DNA of 64,000 nucleotides from Candidatus Bathyarchaeia archaeon (GCA_038882955.1 JAVZNC010000002.1:1-64000); one strand, 5' to 3'. Counted from the first letter of the stretch, positions 36,827 through 47,227 are shown. Notes: generated by a model not told the origin, from the letters alone. Made by a program: numbers and translations.

Positions 36827-37939
36827 ATGGGAAAATGCAAAGTTTGCGGCGAAGAATCGCCTATAATCTCTGATGGTGTTGGCGTCTGCCTAAAATGTAT
36901 TAGGGAAAAGCCTCAACAAGCCTTGGAAATTACTAAGCGCGTTCACGCTGAAAGCCGCGGTGGTTTTGGTTTGCCGGCTGAACCACCGCGTGATTCTGGT
37001 GGACTTGCGTGTGGTGTCTGCGCCAACAACTGTGTTATTGGTGTTGGCAAGTGTGGTTTTTGTGGGCTTGTTTGGAATGTTGGTGGGCGTTTGGTACGTT
37101 TTGGCGGCACGGCGGAAAAGGGCGTTTTAGAATGGTATTATGATGGTTTGCCAACCAACTGCGTTAGCTGGTGGTTTTGTCCCGGCTGCACTGGCGCTGG
37201 TTATCCGCGTTTTGCTTATGCGCCAGAAGCCGAGTACGGCTACGCGAATTTGGCTGTTTTTTACGGCGCTTGCAGCTACGACTGCCTATACTGTCAGAAC
37301 TGGCATTATCGTAGGCTTTCTGTTAAGCATAAGCCCGTCTTGAGCGCTGCCGATTTAGCCTCAAAAGTGGATAAGCATGTTTCGTGCATATGCTATTTTG
37401 GCGGTGACCCTTCGCCGCAGATGCCCCATTCGCTTGAAACGAGCCGTTTGGCTTTGGAGAAGGCGAAAGCTGAAAAGCGTATTTTGCGTGTTTGCTGGGA
37501 AACCAATGGCTACATGAACACGCAGTTGGCTGAAAGGGCAGCGGAGTACGCGCTTGAAAGCGGCGGCAACATAAAATTCGACTTAAAAGCGTACAGCGAA
37601 GAACTATCAATTGCGCTATGCGGCGTGTCCAACAAGCCTTCGCTTGAGAACTTTCGTCTAATAGGAGAAAAATACTACAGCAAGCGCGAAGAACTGCCAG
37701 TGCTAACGGCGAGCACTTTGCTTGTGCCAGGCTACGTGGACGCTGAGGAAGTGGAGAAAATAGCGCAGTTCATAAGCCAAGTAAACCCGAATATTCCGTA
37801 CACGCTTTTGGCTTTTTATCCATGCTACTTGATGAATGATTTGCCAACAACCAGCAAAAAACAAGCCCTAGAATGCCAAAAAACAGCACAAAAACACCTA
37901 AAAAACACACAAATAGGAAACATACACCTGCTAACATGA
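36827..37939 (+). CDS. Radical SAM protein (PflA/AmmeMemoRadiSAM-like)
   Basis: CSYDCLYCQN, GGDP, ETNG, DLKA; N-terminal Cys clusters. Confidence 0.85.
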   Translation: MGKCKVCGEESPIISDGVGVCLKCIREKPQQALEITKRVHAESRGGFGLPAEPPRDSGGLACGVCANNCVIGVGKCGFCGLVWNVGGRLVRFGGTAEKGVLEWYYDGLPTNCVSWWFCPGCTGAGYPRFAYAPEAEYGYANLAVFYGACSYDCLYCQNWHYRRLSVKHKPVLSAADLASKVDKHVSCICYFGGDPSPQMPHSLETSRLALEKAKAEKRILRVCWETNGYMNTQLAERAAEYALESGGNIKFDLKAYSEELSIALCGVSNKPSLENFRLIGEKYYSKREELPVLTASTLLVPGYVDAEEVEKIAQFISQVNPNIPYTLLAFYPCYLMNDLPTTSKKQALECQKTAQKHLKNTQIGNIHLLT

Positions 37940-38017
37940 ATGCAATTGAATAATATTTATTGATACAGAATACTTTTTTACTTCCTATTGAGTTTAATGG
38001 GTAGGAGGTAAAATAGC

Positions 38018-38245
38018 TTGAAAGAGATTCGTATTCGGTGGATTAAAAGAAATGACCCTAAACGTTTACCGTATGGTTGCGTTTGGGTCGTCAAGGTTCC
38101 TGAAAATATGTGGCCGGAAGTTTCCAAATGGTATAAAAGATACATAAGTCGTTCCGGAGTCTCGGAAAAACATCATCGCATATGGGTTCGGACACTTGGT
38201 CATCTAATGGATTTGATACGAAAAATAACCGAAATCTCTGAATAA
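38018..38245 (+). CDS. Small basic Trp-rich hypothetical protein
   Basis: 75-aa ORF, TTG start after a GGAGGT RBS. Confidence 0.55.
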   Translation: MKEIRIRWIKRNDPKRLPYGCVWVVKVPENMWPEVSKWYKRYISRSGVSEKHHRIWVRTLGHLMDLIRKITEISE

Positions 38246-38325
38246 TTTTTACCTGATTGAATGTAGTTATTGGATAGAAAAAAGTTTAAATATTTAGTAA
38301 TACTTGGTTTATTTGGTTGGTGTAT

Positions 38326-39000
38326 ATGGGAAAAATTGGAAAATACGATTATCCGGATGTATCCTTAAGCGAGTCAATAAAAGATGCCAAAAAAATTTAT
38401 GACCGATTTAAAGACGAGGCTGTGGATGCCACTCTTATATCCGAAACAATCGGTTATAAAGGAGGTACTTTTTTTCAAAGGCTATCTTCTTTAAGAAAAT
38501 ATGGGTTGGTAACAAGTAAAGGTAAAGTAGGAATAACCGAGTTGGGCAAAAGGATAACATATCCTGCCAACAAGGATGAGGAGTTGGAGGCTATAAAAGA
38601 GGCTATAGGAAATGTAGAATTGTTTAGAGCCCTTTATGAGAAATTTGATTTGCAATTACCAAAAGAAAAGTTTTGGGTAAATCTTGTAAGTATAACTGGT
38701 GCGGAAGCTCCGGATGCGCAGGCTAAAGCCGACGTTATCCGGAAAATTTTTGAAGAGTCAGTAGCTCCATTAGCAGTAAAGCCTGAAAAGGCAAGGGAAA
38801 TAACTCCTTCAAAAATCATAGGTCAGCCAGATTTTGCTGTATTTGAGACCGATGATTTTGTTATCCGAGTTCGCAAGGACTTAAATTCAATAAGGTTCGT
38901 CAAGGAGCAACTAATGGAAACTATTAAACATTGGTTAGATCACGTTGAATATAAAGTAAAAGTTGAATCTAAGGAAAGCTCTGGTGAAAAAAATGCCTAA
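38326..39000 (+). CDS. Hypothetical protein with probable winged-helix domain
   Basis: YP..SL...AKKIY...IGY....F...LSSLRKYGL......ITELG pattern; TATA (TTTAAATA) at ~38284. Confidence 0.65.
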   Translation: MGKIGKYDYPDVSLSESIKDAKKIYDRFKDEAVDATLISETIGYKGGTFFQRLSSLRKYGLVTSKGKVGITELGKRITYPANKDEELEAIKEAIGNVELFRALYEKFDLQLPKEKFWVNLVSITGAEAPDAQAKADVIRKIFEESVAPLAVKPEKAREITPSKIIGQPDFAVFETDDFVIRVRKDLNSIRFVKEQLMETIKHWLDHVEYKVKVESKESSGEKNA

Positions 39001-39568
39001 GAAATTGATGATTTTCATAGATGGGCAAAACTTGTTCTTCGGCTGTAAAGGTTTTGATAAAGATTTTAAGTACGATATTGATAAACTAGTGGAAGTTTTA
39101 AAGTCACTAGAGCCTGATTGTGAACTAGTTGAAGTTTTTTATTACAGTTCAATTAAGCCACCAGATCCTAGTGTGGAAGAGGATGATAGGCGTTTTCAAA
39201 AGCAACAAAGATTTTATGAAGGATTGAAGTTTAAATATCAAGTTTACATTAAAAGAACAAAAATGAAAGAAATAAAATGTAAACTGTGTGGTCGAACGTT
39301 CTCAGAACCTAAAGAGAAAGGAATAGATGTTGCAGTGGCGACAGATTTTCTGTTGTATGGACTTGTCGGTGAATATGATGTGGCAATAATAGTAAGTGGT
39401 GACTCAGATCTGGCTCCCGTTATTAAAAAACTAAGAGAAAGAAAACCTTCATTAAGAATTTACGTTGCTCAGTTCAAGCATATGGTGGGCGTCGAATTAA
39501 GGCAAGTTTGTCATAAATTCTTTCAGTTAGATGAGATAGCTAAGACCTTTGAGATGGAAGAAAAGTAG
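38993..39568 (+). CDS. NYN-domain (LabA/DUF88, PIN-like) nuclease with CxxC insert
   Basis: IFIDGQNL, EKGIDV, SGDSDL.P acidic motifs; start refined to ATG 38993 after a GGTGA RBS. Confidence 0.9.
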   Translation: MPKKLMIFIDGQNLFFGCKGFDKDFKYDIDKLVEVLKSLEPDCELVEVFYYSSIKPPDPSVEEDDRRFQKQQRFYEGLKFKYQVYIKRTKMKEIKCKLCGRTFSEPKEKGIDVAVATDFLLYGLVGEYDVAIIVSGDSDLAPVIKKLRERKPSLRIYVAQFKHMVGVELRQVCHKFFQLDEIAKTFEMEEK

Positions 39569-39576
39569 TTGTTATA

Positions 39577-39613
39577 GGTAGGTGATATAACATATTATGT
39601 TATATCACCTACC
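39577..39613. repeat. Perfect 18-1-18 palindrome GGTAGGTGATATAACATA-T-TATGTTATATCACCTACC
   Basis: Arms are exact reverse complements; lies between convergent NYN and infB genes. Confidence 0.95.
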
Positions 39614-39713
39614 GAATTGTTATTCAAAAGTGAATGAGCAAGAACTGTCTTATAAATTTTATGAAGAATTACAAATTAATTTTCGTAAAAGTTAACGAAA
39701 TGATGTTTAATCA

Positions 39714-41495
39714 CTATGTTGTCCAGTGTGGTGTTTTCTTTTTCATTATGTTTACGTACTCGTTTAGTGCTTCCTGCTCTTCCGCTGTCAGCTTGTCTAT
39801 GAACGTTGTCTGCAAAGCCCTTGCGTGTTGTTCTGGCACCTTCACGTACAAAATGTCCTTCTCAAAAATATGCCTACCAACCGTTGGCTTGTCTAGGCTT
39901 ATAGCTACCTGCATACCCTTACTCGCTTCTGAAAGCGCTTGTCCCTTCTCTTGGATTTGCAGTATTTCGCCTATTTCCTCGCCATCCTCCGCTCTTATTA
40001 GCGTTAGTTTTGGCTTTATTTTTCCCGCTAGCACTTCGACGCCTACAATTGCTGGTTTAGCCCTTCTGAAAACGTAGCCTTCCAAAATGCGGATTTTCGC
40101 TGGTTTAACCAGATTCGCAAATTCCTGCTCAATCTTTGCTTCACTTTGCGCTTTAAGCCAAGACAAATAATTATCTATCAAATGATAAATTATTCGTTCT
40201 TGAAAAATCTGTACGCCCTTATTCTTTGCTTCTTCTTCAGCGTCTGGCAAAACCTTAACGTTAAAGGCTAAAATAGCCCCGTAAAATGGCTGGTGCTCCT
40301 TAACAATAGCTGCCTCCGTAACCTCACGCTTTGAAACGTCCCCAACATCAGCCATCCTAATCGGCACATTGTTACGCTTCAAATGTTCGGCAATAGCCTC
40401 CAAAGAACCCAGCGTATCAGCCTTCAAAATAACCCCGTCAACGTCAGTAGCAATCCTTATACGCTCAATCTCTTCGGAAACAGCCCTAACATACTTGTCG
40501 ACGCTTTCGCCCTCGCCAACAGCATACAAAGGCGCCCCAGCTAACGCACCTTCCAAATCAGGCGCGACGATTTTTACACCAGCCGCCGCAGAAACAGAAT
40601 CCACAGAAGAAAAACGGTCACGAGGGTCCCTAATTTCATCAAGCGGTTTAGGCACCAAAATAGCTCTAATCCGCGTTACGATAGGCTTTTCTTTGCCGCC
40701 AACAACAATCAAATCATCTTTGCGTAGTGTTCCATCATAAACAATCGTGTTAAGCGTCAAACCAAGACCAGGCTCCTCCTTGACCTCCAAAACCGTGCCC
40801 TTGGCTGGTCCCTCGGTTGTCTGTAAACGCTTCTTCAAGTACTGCTGCGTCAAACCAACCAAAACCATGAGAAGCTCTGTTATGCCCTCTCCAGTCTTGG
40901 CGCTTGTAGGCACAATAGCCACGGTCTTCGTAAAATCCTTTATATGGTCAAAACGGTCCGCTCTAAAGCCTAAACGCGAAAAAATCCCAATAATGTCATA
41001 AAGCCGGTTATCCAAATCCTCGCGCACGTAAGGGTCCTGCATCTGATAAGCCTTCATGAAAGGCACGTCTGGAAGAGACTTCCAACCTGGAATGCGGTCA
41101 ATCTTGTTAGCAGCAACAAGAAAAGGCGTCTTACGCGCCTTCAAAATCTCAAGACACTCGTAAGTCTGCGCCTCAAAACCACGCAGCACATCAATAACGA
41201 GAATGGCGATGTCGGCAACGCTTCCGCCACGCTTACGCAAATTCGTAAAGGCTTCATGTCCAGGCGTGTCAATGACGAGCAGCCCTGGAATCTCAATTTC
41301 GCCCTTAACCATCGACAAAAGCGGACCAACAAGCTGTTTAAGCGTGTCAACTGGAAAGAAACTGGCGCCGATGTGCTGTGTGATTCCGCCAACTTCCCTA
41401 GCCTGGACGCTTGTCTTACGAATCTTATCCAAAAGCAAAGTCTTACCCGTATCCACATGACCGAGAACGCAAACTATTGGCTGACGAATAGACAT
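39714..41495 (-). CDS. infB: Translation initiation factor aIF5B (IF-2)
   Basis: RQPIV.VLGHVD.GKT, GGITQHIGA, DTPGHEAF, NKID. Confidence 0.97.
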   Translation of the reverse strand: MSIRQPIVCVLGHVDTGKTLLLDKIRKTSVQAREVGGITQHIGASFFPVDTLKQLVGPLLSMVKGEIEIPGLLVIDTPGHEAFTNLRKRGGSVADIAILVIDVLRGFEAQTYECLEILKARKTPFLVAANKIDRIPGWKSLPDVPFMKAYQMQDPYVREDLDNRLYDIIGIFSRLGFRADRFDHIKDFTKTVAIVPTSAKTGEGITELLMVLVGLTQQYLKKRLQTTEGPAKGTVLEVKEEPGLGLTLNTIVYDGTLRKDDLIVVGGKEKPIVTRIRAILVPKPLDEIRDPRDRFSSVDSVSAAAGVKIVAPDLEGALAGAPLYAVGEGESVDKYVRAVSEEIERIRIATDVDGVILKADTLGSLEAIAEHLKRNNVPIRMADVGDVSKREVTEAAIVKEHQPFYGAILAFNVKVLPDAEEEAKNKGVQIFQERIIYHLIDNYLSWLKAQSEAKIEQEFANLVKPAKIRILEGYVFRRAKPAIVGVEVLAGKIKPKLTLIRAEDGEEIGEILQIQEKGQALSEASKGMQVAISLDKPTVGRHIFEKDILYVKVPEQHARALQTTFIDKLTAEEQEALNEYVNIMKKKTPHWTT

Positions 41496-41588
41496 GGCAA
41501 ACGCCCTTCTTCATGGTGTCCTTCAAAAATAATGCTGCATACCCTAATAAACACTTTTAAGTCTCAGCGTTCCCACTAGGATTGGACG

Positions 41589-41915
41589 GTGAAAAAGTTG
41601 CCATACTGCCCAAAATGTGGAGCAAAACTGAAAGATGAAGACAAATTCTGCTATGCCTGCGGCGCCCCAACCGCAAAAATCACGCGGGAAGAATTTTCAG
41701 TTTCCGCAGACGACCTAATTGAAAGGGTGAAGCAACTCCTACGGGAAGGAAACATAACGCGGATAATCGTCAAAGACGAAAAGGGAAGCGTGCTGCTTGA
41801 GATACCGGCAACAGTTGGCGTTATTGGCGCTGTTTTGGCTCCGTGGCTTGCAGCCCTAGGCGTAATAGCAGCACTCGCAACAAAATGTAAAATAGTCGTC
41901 GAAAAAAGAGAATAA
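41589..41915 (+). CDS. Zinc-ribbon + DUF4342-like protein
   Basis: CPKCG...FCYACG; EGN.TRI.VK...LEIP, hydrophobic C-terminal part. Confidence 0.7.
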   Translation: MKKLPYCPKCGAKLKDEDKFCYACGAPTAKITREEFSVSADDLIERVKQLLREGNITRIIVKDEKGSVLLEIPATVGVIGAVLAPWLAALGVIAALATKCKIVVEKRE

Positions 41916-41921
41916 AAGCTT

Positions 41922-42122
41922 TCACTCCGTCTTGGCGGTTATCAATAACATTCCAAGCGCAAGCATGAAGATTGATAGGAAGCCGAAAAGCCAAATGTAG
42001 TTTCCCAAATCTCCGATGCTTGTGAAAGTATAGTAGCTTGTGAGAGCACCAACAATAAGCAGTAATAACCCGAAAAACTTTTCAGCCAACGTTAAGCCGA
42101 AACCGCCGCCCTCTTCGCTCAT
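41922..42122 (-). CDS. Small two-TM membrane protein
   Basis: 66-aa ORF with two hydrophobic helices. Confidence 0.6.
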   Translation of the reverse strand: MSEEGGGFGLTLAEKFFGLLLLIVGALTSYYTFTSIGDLGNYIWLFGFLSIFMLALGMLLITAKTE

Positions 42123-42193
42123 AACTGAACCATCCAGTTCACTGAATGTTTTACATCATAAACGTGAACAGTTATTTTAAACTTCCCTTCCGT

Positions 42194-43255
42194 TTACCGT
42201 GTCTCTTCAAGTTTTGCCGGTAAATACTCGTCAACAATGTATGTCAAACCGTATCTGCTGAAAGCCTCCTGCTCTGCCTTCCGCTTGATTTTCATGAAAG
42301 TTTTGATTTCCCTCTGCCAAAGCGGATCCTTGTAGCGCGGGTCTCGCTGCAACTCATAAAGCCTCTTCATGTCCACGTCGTCCAACGGGTCGGTTGGCAA
42401 CTTATAATTAACAATGTCAGTCGCCCAAACGCCACTCCACTTCGCGTCTGGCGTGTTCAATTCGCGTAGGTGCGCGGCGTTTGCAGAACCAGAAATTATC
42501 ACCATGGCTATGTGCATTCCCCAAGGGTCGCCATCCGTGAAAATGTAAACTGGGAGCTTTAGTTCGCTGTTTAACCGCCTAATGAAATGTCTCGTAGCCC
42601 TAGGAGCTTGTCCGGCAGTCAAAACAAGTATGGCGTTAAACTTCTTATGCACATTTTCCTCGATGAAACGTGTGAATAAGCCTCCCTTCTCTATGGCTAT
42701 GACTTTGTCCGCTGTGGTTTTAACGAACTCTGCGGAAGTTAAGGCTGGTCCGATGAGGACGCCGTCTGGGTGCGAAGTCAAGTTTAGGGTTCTGCCCTCG
42801 TAGCCTGGCACAGTATACTCTATGGTTAGGTCTCCGAACACTGCTGAACGTTCTTCTGGAAAAATATTGAAGTCTTCCCTTGAAAATCCTAGCACTGTTT
42901 CCAAGTCCGTTATTATGTTGTTTGATTCTTGCTGGTCTGTGAAAGTCATCTCGTAGGCTTGTGCGGAATAGTAAACATCCCTCAAGGTTGAGGTTTTCCT
43001 CTGTGATGTCAACTCGTGTGAGAAGGCTGCTGCCCAGACGAGTTGCGTGAACGGTTTTATGTGGCGTATGTTGCGTGTGCTTCTGCGTATTCGCCTATCA
43101 CCGAGAACAAACTGCCTCAAATTTGGGTCATAGTAAATGTTTTCTATCGAGCGGCTAGGCATGTCCACCGTTGGAAAATATCCATTATCCATCTGATTGT
43201 AAATTCTCAACCCCAAATTTTGCAGACTTGACAAAACTTCTTTCTTTTTCTCCAT
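42194..43255 (-). CDS. top6A: DNA topoisomerase VI subunit A
   Basis: TLRDVYY (catalytic Tyr), IEK, DGDPWG, KAEQEA. Confidence 0.95.
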   Translation of the reverse strand: MEKKKEVLSSLQNLGLRIYNQMDNGYFPTVDMPSRSIENIYYDPNLRQFVLGDRRIRRSTRNIRHIKPFTQLVWAAAFSHELTSQRKTSTLRDVYYSAQAYEMTFTDQQESNNIITDLETVLGFSREDFNIFPEERSAVFGDLTIEYTVPGYEGRTLNLTSHPDGVLIGPALTSAEFVKTTADKVIAIEKGGLFTRFIEENVHKKFNAILVLTAGQAPRATRHFIRRLNSELKLPVYIFTDGDPWGMHIAMVIISGSANAAHLRELNTPDAKWSGVWATDIVNYKLPTDPLDDVDMKRLYELQRDPRYKDPLWQREIKTFMKIKRKAEQEAFSRYGLTYIVDEYLPAKLEETR

Positions 43256-43265
43256 TATGCTACTT

Positions 43266-44807
43266 TTAAACTTCTTCTGCTCCAAACTTTTCCACACTCC
43301 TTAAGAGCTTCTCAACATCTGGAAGCCTATCCTTACCCGCCAACTTGGTTGAAAACTCAGCTATTTTTGGAAGGTACTTGCTGAAAACCCCCAAGCGTTT
43401 CCGTTGCCTATCCACGTGCTCCCGCTTTGTTAGAAAATGTTGAAGTTGACGGGCAACCTCGCGCAGTCCATTTGCAACCTCCCTCCGCACTTCTGGTCTG
43501 TCGGCGATAAACTCTTTCCCAACAGTCTTGTATGGAACTTTCGTGCTGCAAATATGCACAAGTATGGCGATTGGCATGTCAGGCGTGGCCTTGTACCTAC
43601 GCCAGTTCATGGCGTTAATCACTTTAACCGAAACGTCGCTTGCCTCGTCGTAAAGCAGCGGAATACGATTGGCGAAACGGTAAATTAGGAAGTTTCCCTT
43701 CTTTGGGATTTCTCCGCCATAAGCAATGCCAACCTCGATTATAAATGGATGTCCAGCATATGTTGCTGGCTTACGCTGGTGAACAGCTACAAACTCTGGT
43801 TTCAACTCTTTTAATATTCCGACTTTTAACAGTTCTTCGCCAAGTGGCGATAGGCAACTCGCATCTGGCGGTAGAAAATCCTTAAACTTTTTAAGCATCT
43901 GCATTAGCCTAACTATTTCTTCATGCGAAAGTTTCTTCGGGTTTTTTGTTGGGCTTATGTTGCTGAAATCAAGAAACTTTTGCGCGGTTACCTCTCCAAC
44001 TCTGTGGAAATGATTTTTCAGAAAATCAAGCATGTTCTTGTGAGGAGTAAGCTGTATAAGCCTTTGAAGAAGCTCAACGTCAACGCCATACGGATGCGGC
44101 AAAGTTTCTTTTGGCGGTTCAGGCATCTCCTTTGTAACCCTTGTGAACTTGTACAGTCTTCCCTTCGGGTCTACGAAGGTTAAGTTCGCGTATGGATTGA
44201 CAAGGGCTGTCTGCTTGAAATAATCCAAAATTTTAGGCATCGCCCTAAGATAGTCGCCTTCAAGGCAAAATTCTACGATTGTTCCCCGCCACCCTTCCTT
44301 GTTCAAAAAAACTTTCCTATCAACTATTATCGGGCGGTTCCTTTGGATGTCGATCATGAGCTTATACATGTAAATTCTGGACATGCCAGTGCTTGATATT
44401 ATGCAGGCTGGCTGATGCGTGGTTATCTGCCCGTACAGTATTGCCATTTTTCCGCCTAAGCCGAAGGTTCCTCTCTGCTGTTTCAGCTTATATTTTGAGC
44501 CGAAGAGCACTTGTCCGAAGGCTGATGGTATGTGTCTCGGCGGGACACCAGTGCCGTTGTCTTCTACGCGTAGTTTGTAGATTTGGGTTTCTTTGCTTGC
44601 TTCGCCTTCATAGGAGAGCCGCACATAAATGTCTGGAGGCGCCTTTATGCTTTCGGCGGCGTCAAGCGAGTTCTCAACAAGTTCTCTTATTGCCGCGAAT
44701 ACGGCTCTTGAAGGGTTTGTGAAGCCCGCTATGTCCCTGTTTCGGTAGAAGAAGTCTGAAGCGCTGATTTCCTCGAAGGTTACTTGAGCCACGTTGAGCT
44801 TCACCAA
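43266..44807 (-). CDS. top6B: DNA topoisomerase VI subunit B
   Basis: GHKL motifs ELVENSLDA, DNGTG, RGTFGLG; RFANRIPL. Confidence 0.95.
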   Translation of the reverse strand: MVKLNVAQVTFEEISASDFFYRNRDIAGFTNPSRAVFAAIRELVENSLDAAESIKAPPDIYVRLSYEGEASKETQIYKLRVEDNGTGVPPRHIPSAFGQVLFGSKYKLKQQRGTFGLGGKMAILYGQITTHQPACIISSTGMSRIYMYKLMIDIQRNRPIIVDRKVFLNKEGWRGTIVEFCLEGDYLRAMPKILDYFKQTALVNPYANLTFVDPKGRLYKFTRVTKEMPEPPKETLPHPYGVDVELLQRLIQLTPHKNMLDFLKNHFHRVGEVTAQKFLDFSNISPTKNPKKLSHEEIVRLMQMLKKFKDFLPPDASCLSPLGEELLKVGILKELKPEFVAVHQRKPATYAGHPFIIEVGIAYGGEIPKKGNFLIYRFANRIPLLYDEASDVSVKVINAMNWRRYKATPDMPIAILVHICSTKVPYKTVGKEFIADRPEVRREVANGLREVARQLQHFLTKREHVDRQRKRLGVFSKYLPKIAEFSTKLAGKDRLPDVEKLLRSVEKFGAEEV

Positions 44808-44865
44808 CGCCTTTCTACTGCTTTTCTAGGGATAATGTTTTGCCCACACTTTAATTTAACTACGC

Positions 44866-45318
44866 TTAACGGGCGTTTCTCACATATCTTTTAAAGGGAG
44901 AAGGCAACAACTCCTCAAGAGTCTTTACTTTAACAGCCTCAAATAGGACTTCACCGTTTTCCACTTTTGCCATAACAATTTTAATTTTGGAATTTTCGGC
45001 AAAATCCGCAATGTACTGTAAACATGCACCACACGGTTTCGGGTCTTCGCTGTTCTCTTTTTCCATAACTAGAGCCACCGCTTTGATTCTTCTATTTCCA
45101 TGCAATACTGCATGGTTGACAGCACATCTTTCAGCGCATATGCCAAGTCCAGAAACCCAACTCTCCACGTTGCAACCATCATAAATTTTTCCGTCTTCGC
45201 CAAGCACAGCAGCGCCAACCCTGAAACCCCAAAGCACATATGCCTTGTAAAGCGCCTTTGCAGCAAACTCCAAAAGCATCTTTTCCTCTTTTCCAATGTT
45301 AACCATAAATCCACTCAC
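44866..45318 (-). CDS. cdd: Cytidine deaminase
   Basis: GCNVE, CAE, PCGAC. Confidence 0.88.
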   Translation of the reverse strand: MSGFMVNIGKEEKMLLEFAAKALYKAYVLWGFRVGAAVLGEDGKIYDGCNVESWVSGLGICAERCAVNHAVLHGNRRIKAVALVMEKENSEDPKPCGACLQYIADFAENSKIKIVMAKVENGEVLFEAVKVKTLEELLPSPFKRYVRNAR

Positions 45319-47105
45319 TCTTTATCCAATGAACGAACATAATAATATTCTCCAATCTCCTGTTGAAACTTGTCAAGCTTCGAGCCTTCCTTGTTAACTC
45401 TAGGTCGTCTTGTAGTAGGATCTCTTCGGAAAGTGACACCCATTTCCTTCAAGAACACGTTCATACCGTCCCTCAGCGTTGTCGGCGAATTTGCAAAACC
45501 TCTAACGCCTGGTTCTCCAGTGAAAACCATTAGGCGGTCTGCGATGAAGTCTTGGGCAACTACGTCGTGTTCGACTACGAAGGCTGCTGCGTTGTAGTTT
45601 TCAATGACTCTACGGATAGCTCTAGCCATGTTTAGTCTTTCTTCAACGTCCAAGTATGCGCTTGGCTCGTCAAGCAAATAAAGCTCTGCTTGCCTTGATA
45701 GGCATGTTGCTATGGTTACTTTCTGAAGTTCGCCGCCGCTTAGCTCATTGACTTTTCGGTCAAAGAGAAAATCCAGCTTGAAGGGGTTAATTATCTCCGT
45801 TCTGTACCAGCTTGAAGTGAAGTTCTCCTTTGCCACGCTCATTAGGAGTTCTTGAACTGTTCCTTCGTATTCGGCTGATATGTACTGTGGCTTGTAACTT
45901 ACTTTAAGTGTGTCGAACTTTTTGCCACCGTCAGCTTCTTCGATTCCAGCAAGAATCTTGATGAACGTTGTCTTGCCTATGCCGTTAGCTCCCAAAATTC
46001 CAATTATTTCTCCGCGTTTCACTTCGCCGGCACCCGCAACAAGCCTAAACTCCTCATAAGTTTTTTCAATTTTATCCCATTTCAGCATTGTTTCGCCAAC
46101 ACCGAAGCTTGCTGTTGGCGGCTTCTCATGAAAAATTATCGATTCTTTCCTGAAACGAACATTTTCATCTGGAATATAACCCTGCAAGTAAATGTTTATG
46201 CCAACCCTTACGCCGTGAACGTTTGAAACCACACCGTAAACGCCTGGCTCCCCATAAAAGAGGCATATGTTGTCTGAAAGGTAATCGATTATGGCGAGGT
46301 CATGTTCTGCAACAATTATCGTCTTTCCATCGTCTTTCAAGCTTCTTATGGCTTTGGCTACCTCAAGCCTCTGCTTCACATCCAAGTAACTTGAAGGCTC
46401 ATCAAACAGGTAAACATCTGCTTCTCGGCAGATTGCCGCGGCAACCGCAACCCGTTGAAGCTCGCCTCCACTTAAAACTTCAAGTGGGCGGTTCCAAAGC
46501 GGTTTGAGTTCAAGCTGTTCGGCTATTTTTGCCATTTTTCCCCTTTCATCCACCTTTTCTAGGAGTTCTCCAACGTTGCCCGAAACAGCTTTGGGAATCT
46601 TATCCACATACTGCGGTTTATGCACAACCTTAAGCTTTCCATCAGCCATCTTCGCAAAGTAATCTTGAAGCGTTGAGCCCCTAAAATGCGTGATGATTTC
46701 TTCCCAGCTTGGCGGTTCAGCGTATCTTCCAAGGTTTAGTTTTATCTCGCTAGAAAGTATCTTTAGCGTTGTTGTTTTGCCAATACCGTTCTGTCCAAGC
46801 AGTCCCAGAACCGCTCCTTCCGACGGTGTTGGCAGCCTATAAAGTTTGAATGTGTTTTCTCCGAAGCGGTGGCTGCAATCCTTTTCTAACTCGTCTGGAA
46901 GGTTGACTATGGATATCGCCTTGAATGGACATTTTTTTACGCAGATTCCGCATCCAGTGCATAGAGACTCAACAATTACTGGTTTGTCATTTTCAAATTT
47001 TATGGCTTCTACGCGGCTCCTGACGATTGGGCAGAAGCGATGGCATAGTCTACCGCAACGTTTTGGCTTACACTTGTCTGCGTCCAACACCGCTACGCGT
47101 GTCAT
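45315..47105 (-). CDS. rli: Ribosome recycling ATPase ABCE1 (RLI)
   Basis: N-terminal Fe-S domain, two ABC cassettes (GxNGIGKT, LSGGELQ). Confidence 0.97.
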   Translation of the reverse strand: MTRVAVLDADKCKPKRCGRLCHRFCPIVRSRVEAIKFENDKPVIVESLCTGCGICVKKCPFKAISIVNLPDELEKDCSHRFGENTFKLYRLPTPSEGAVLGLLGQNGIGKTTTLKILSSEIKLNLGRYAEPPSWEEIITHFRGSTLQDYFAKMADGKLKVVHKPQYVDKIPKAVSGNVGELLEKVDERGKMAKIAEQLELKPLWNRPLEVLSGGELQRVAVAAAICREADVYLFDEPSSYLDVKQRLEVAKAIRSLKDDGKTIIVAEHDLAIIDYLSDNICLFYGEPGVYGVVSNVHGVRVGINIYLQGYIPDENVRFRKESIIFHEKPPTASFGVGETMLKWDKIEKTYEEFRLVAGAGEVKRGEIIGILGANGIGKTTFIKILAGIEEADGGKKFDTLKVSYKPQYISAEYEGTVQELLMSVAKENFTSSWYRTEIINPFKLDFLFDRKVNELSGGELQKVTIATCLSRQAELYLLDEPSAYLDVEERLNMARAIRRVIENYNAAAFVVEHDVVAQDFIADRLMVFTGEPGVRGFANSPTTLRDGMNVFLKEMGVTFRRDPTTRRPRVNKEGSKLDKFQQEIGEYYYVRSLDKE

Positions 47106-47227
47106 TGTAAACTCGAAAGTGAAGAAAACAATTGCTGGTTATAAATATGTGCCCAAAAACAGCAAAATTAGAACGAAATTTTGATGAAAGAAAAAACAAA
47201 ACTGCTTGGAAGTGTAAGCCTAAAAGC

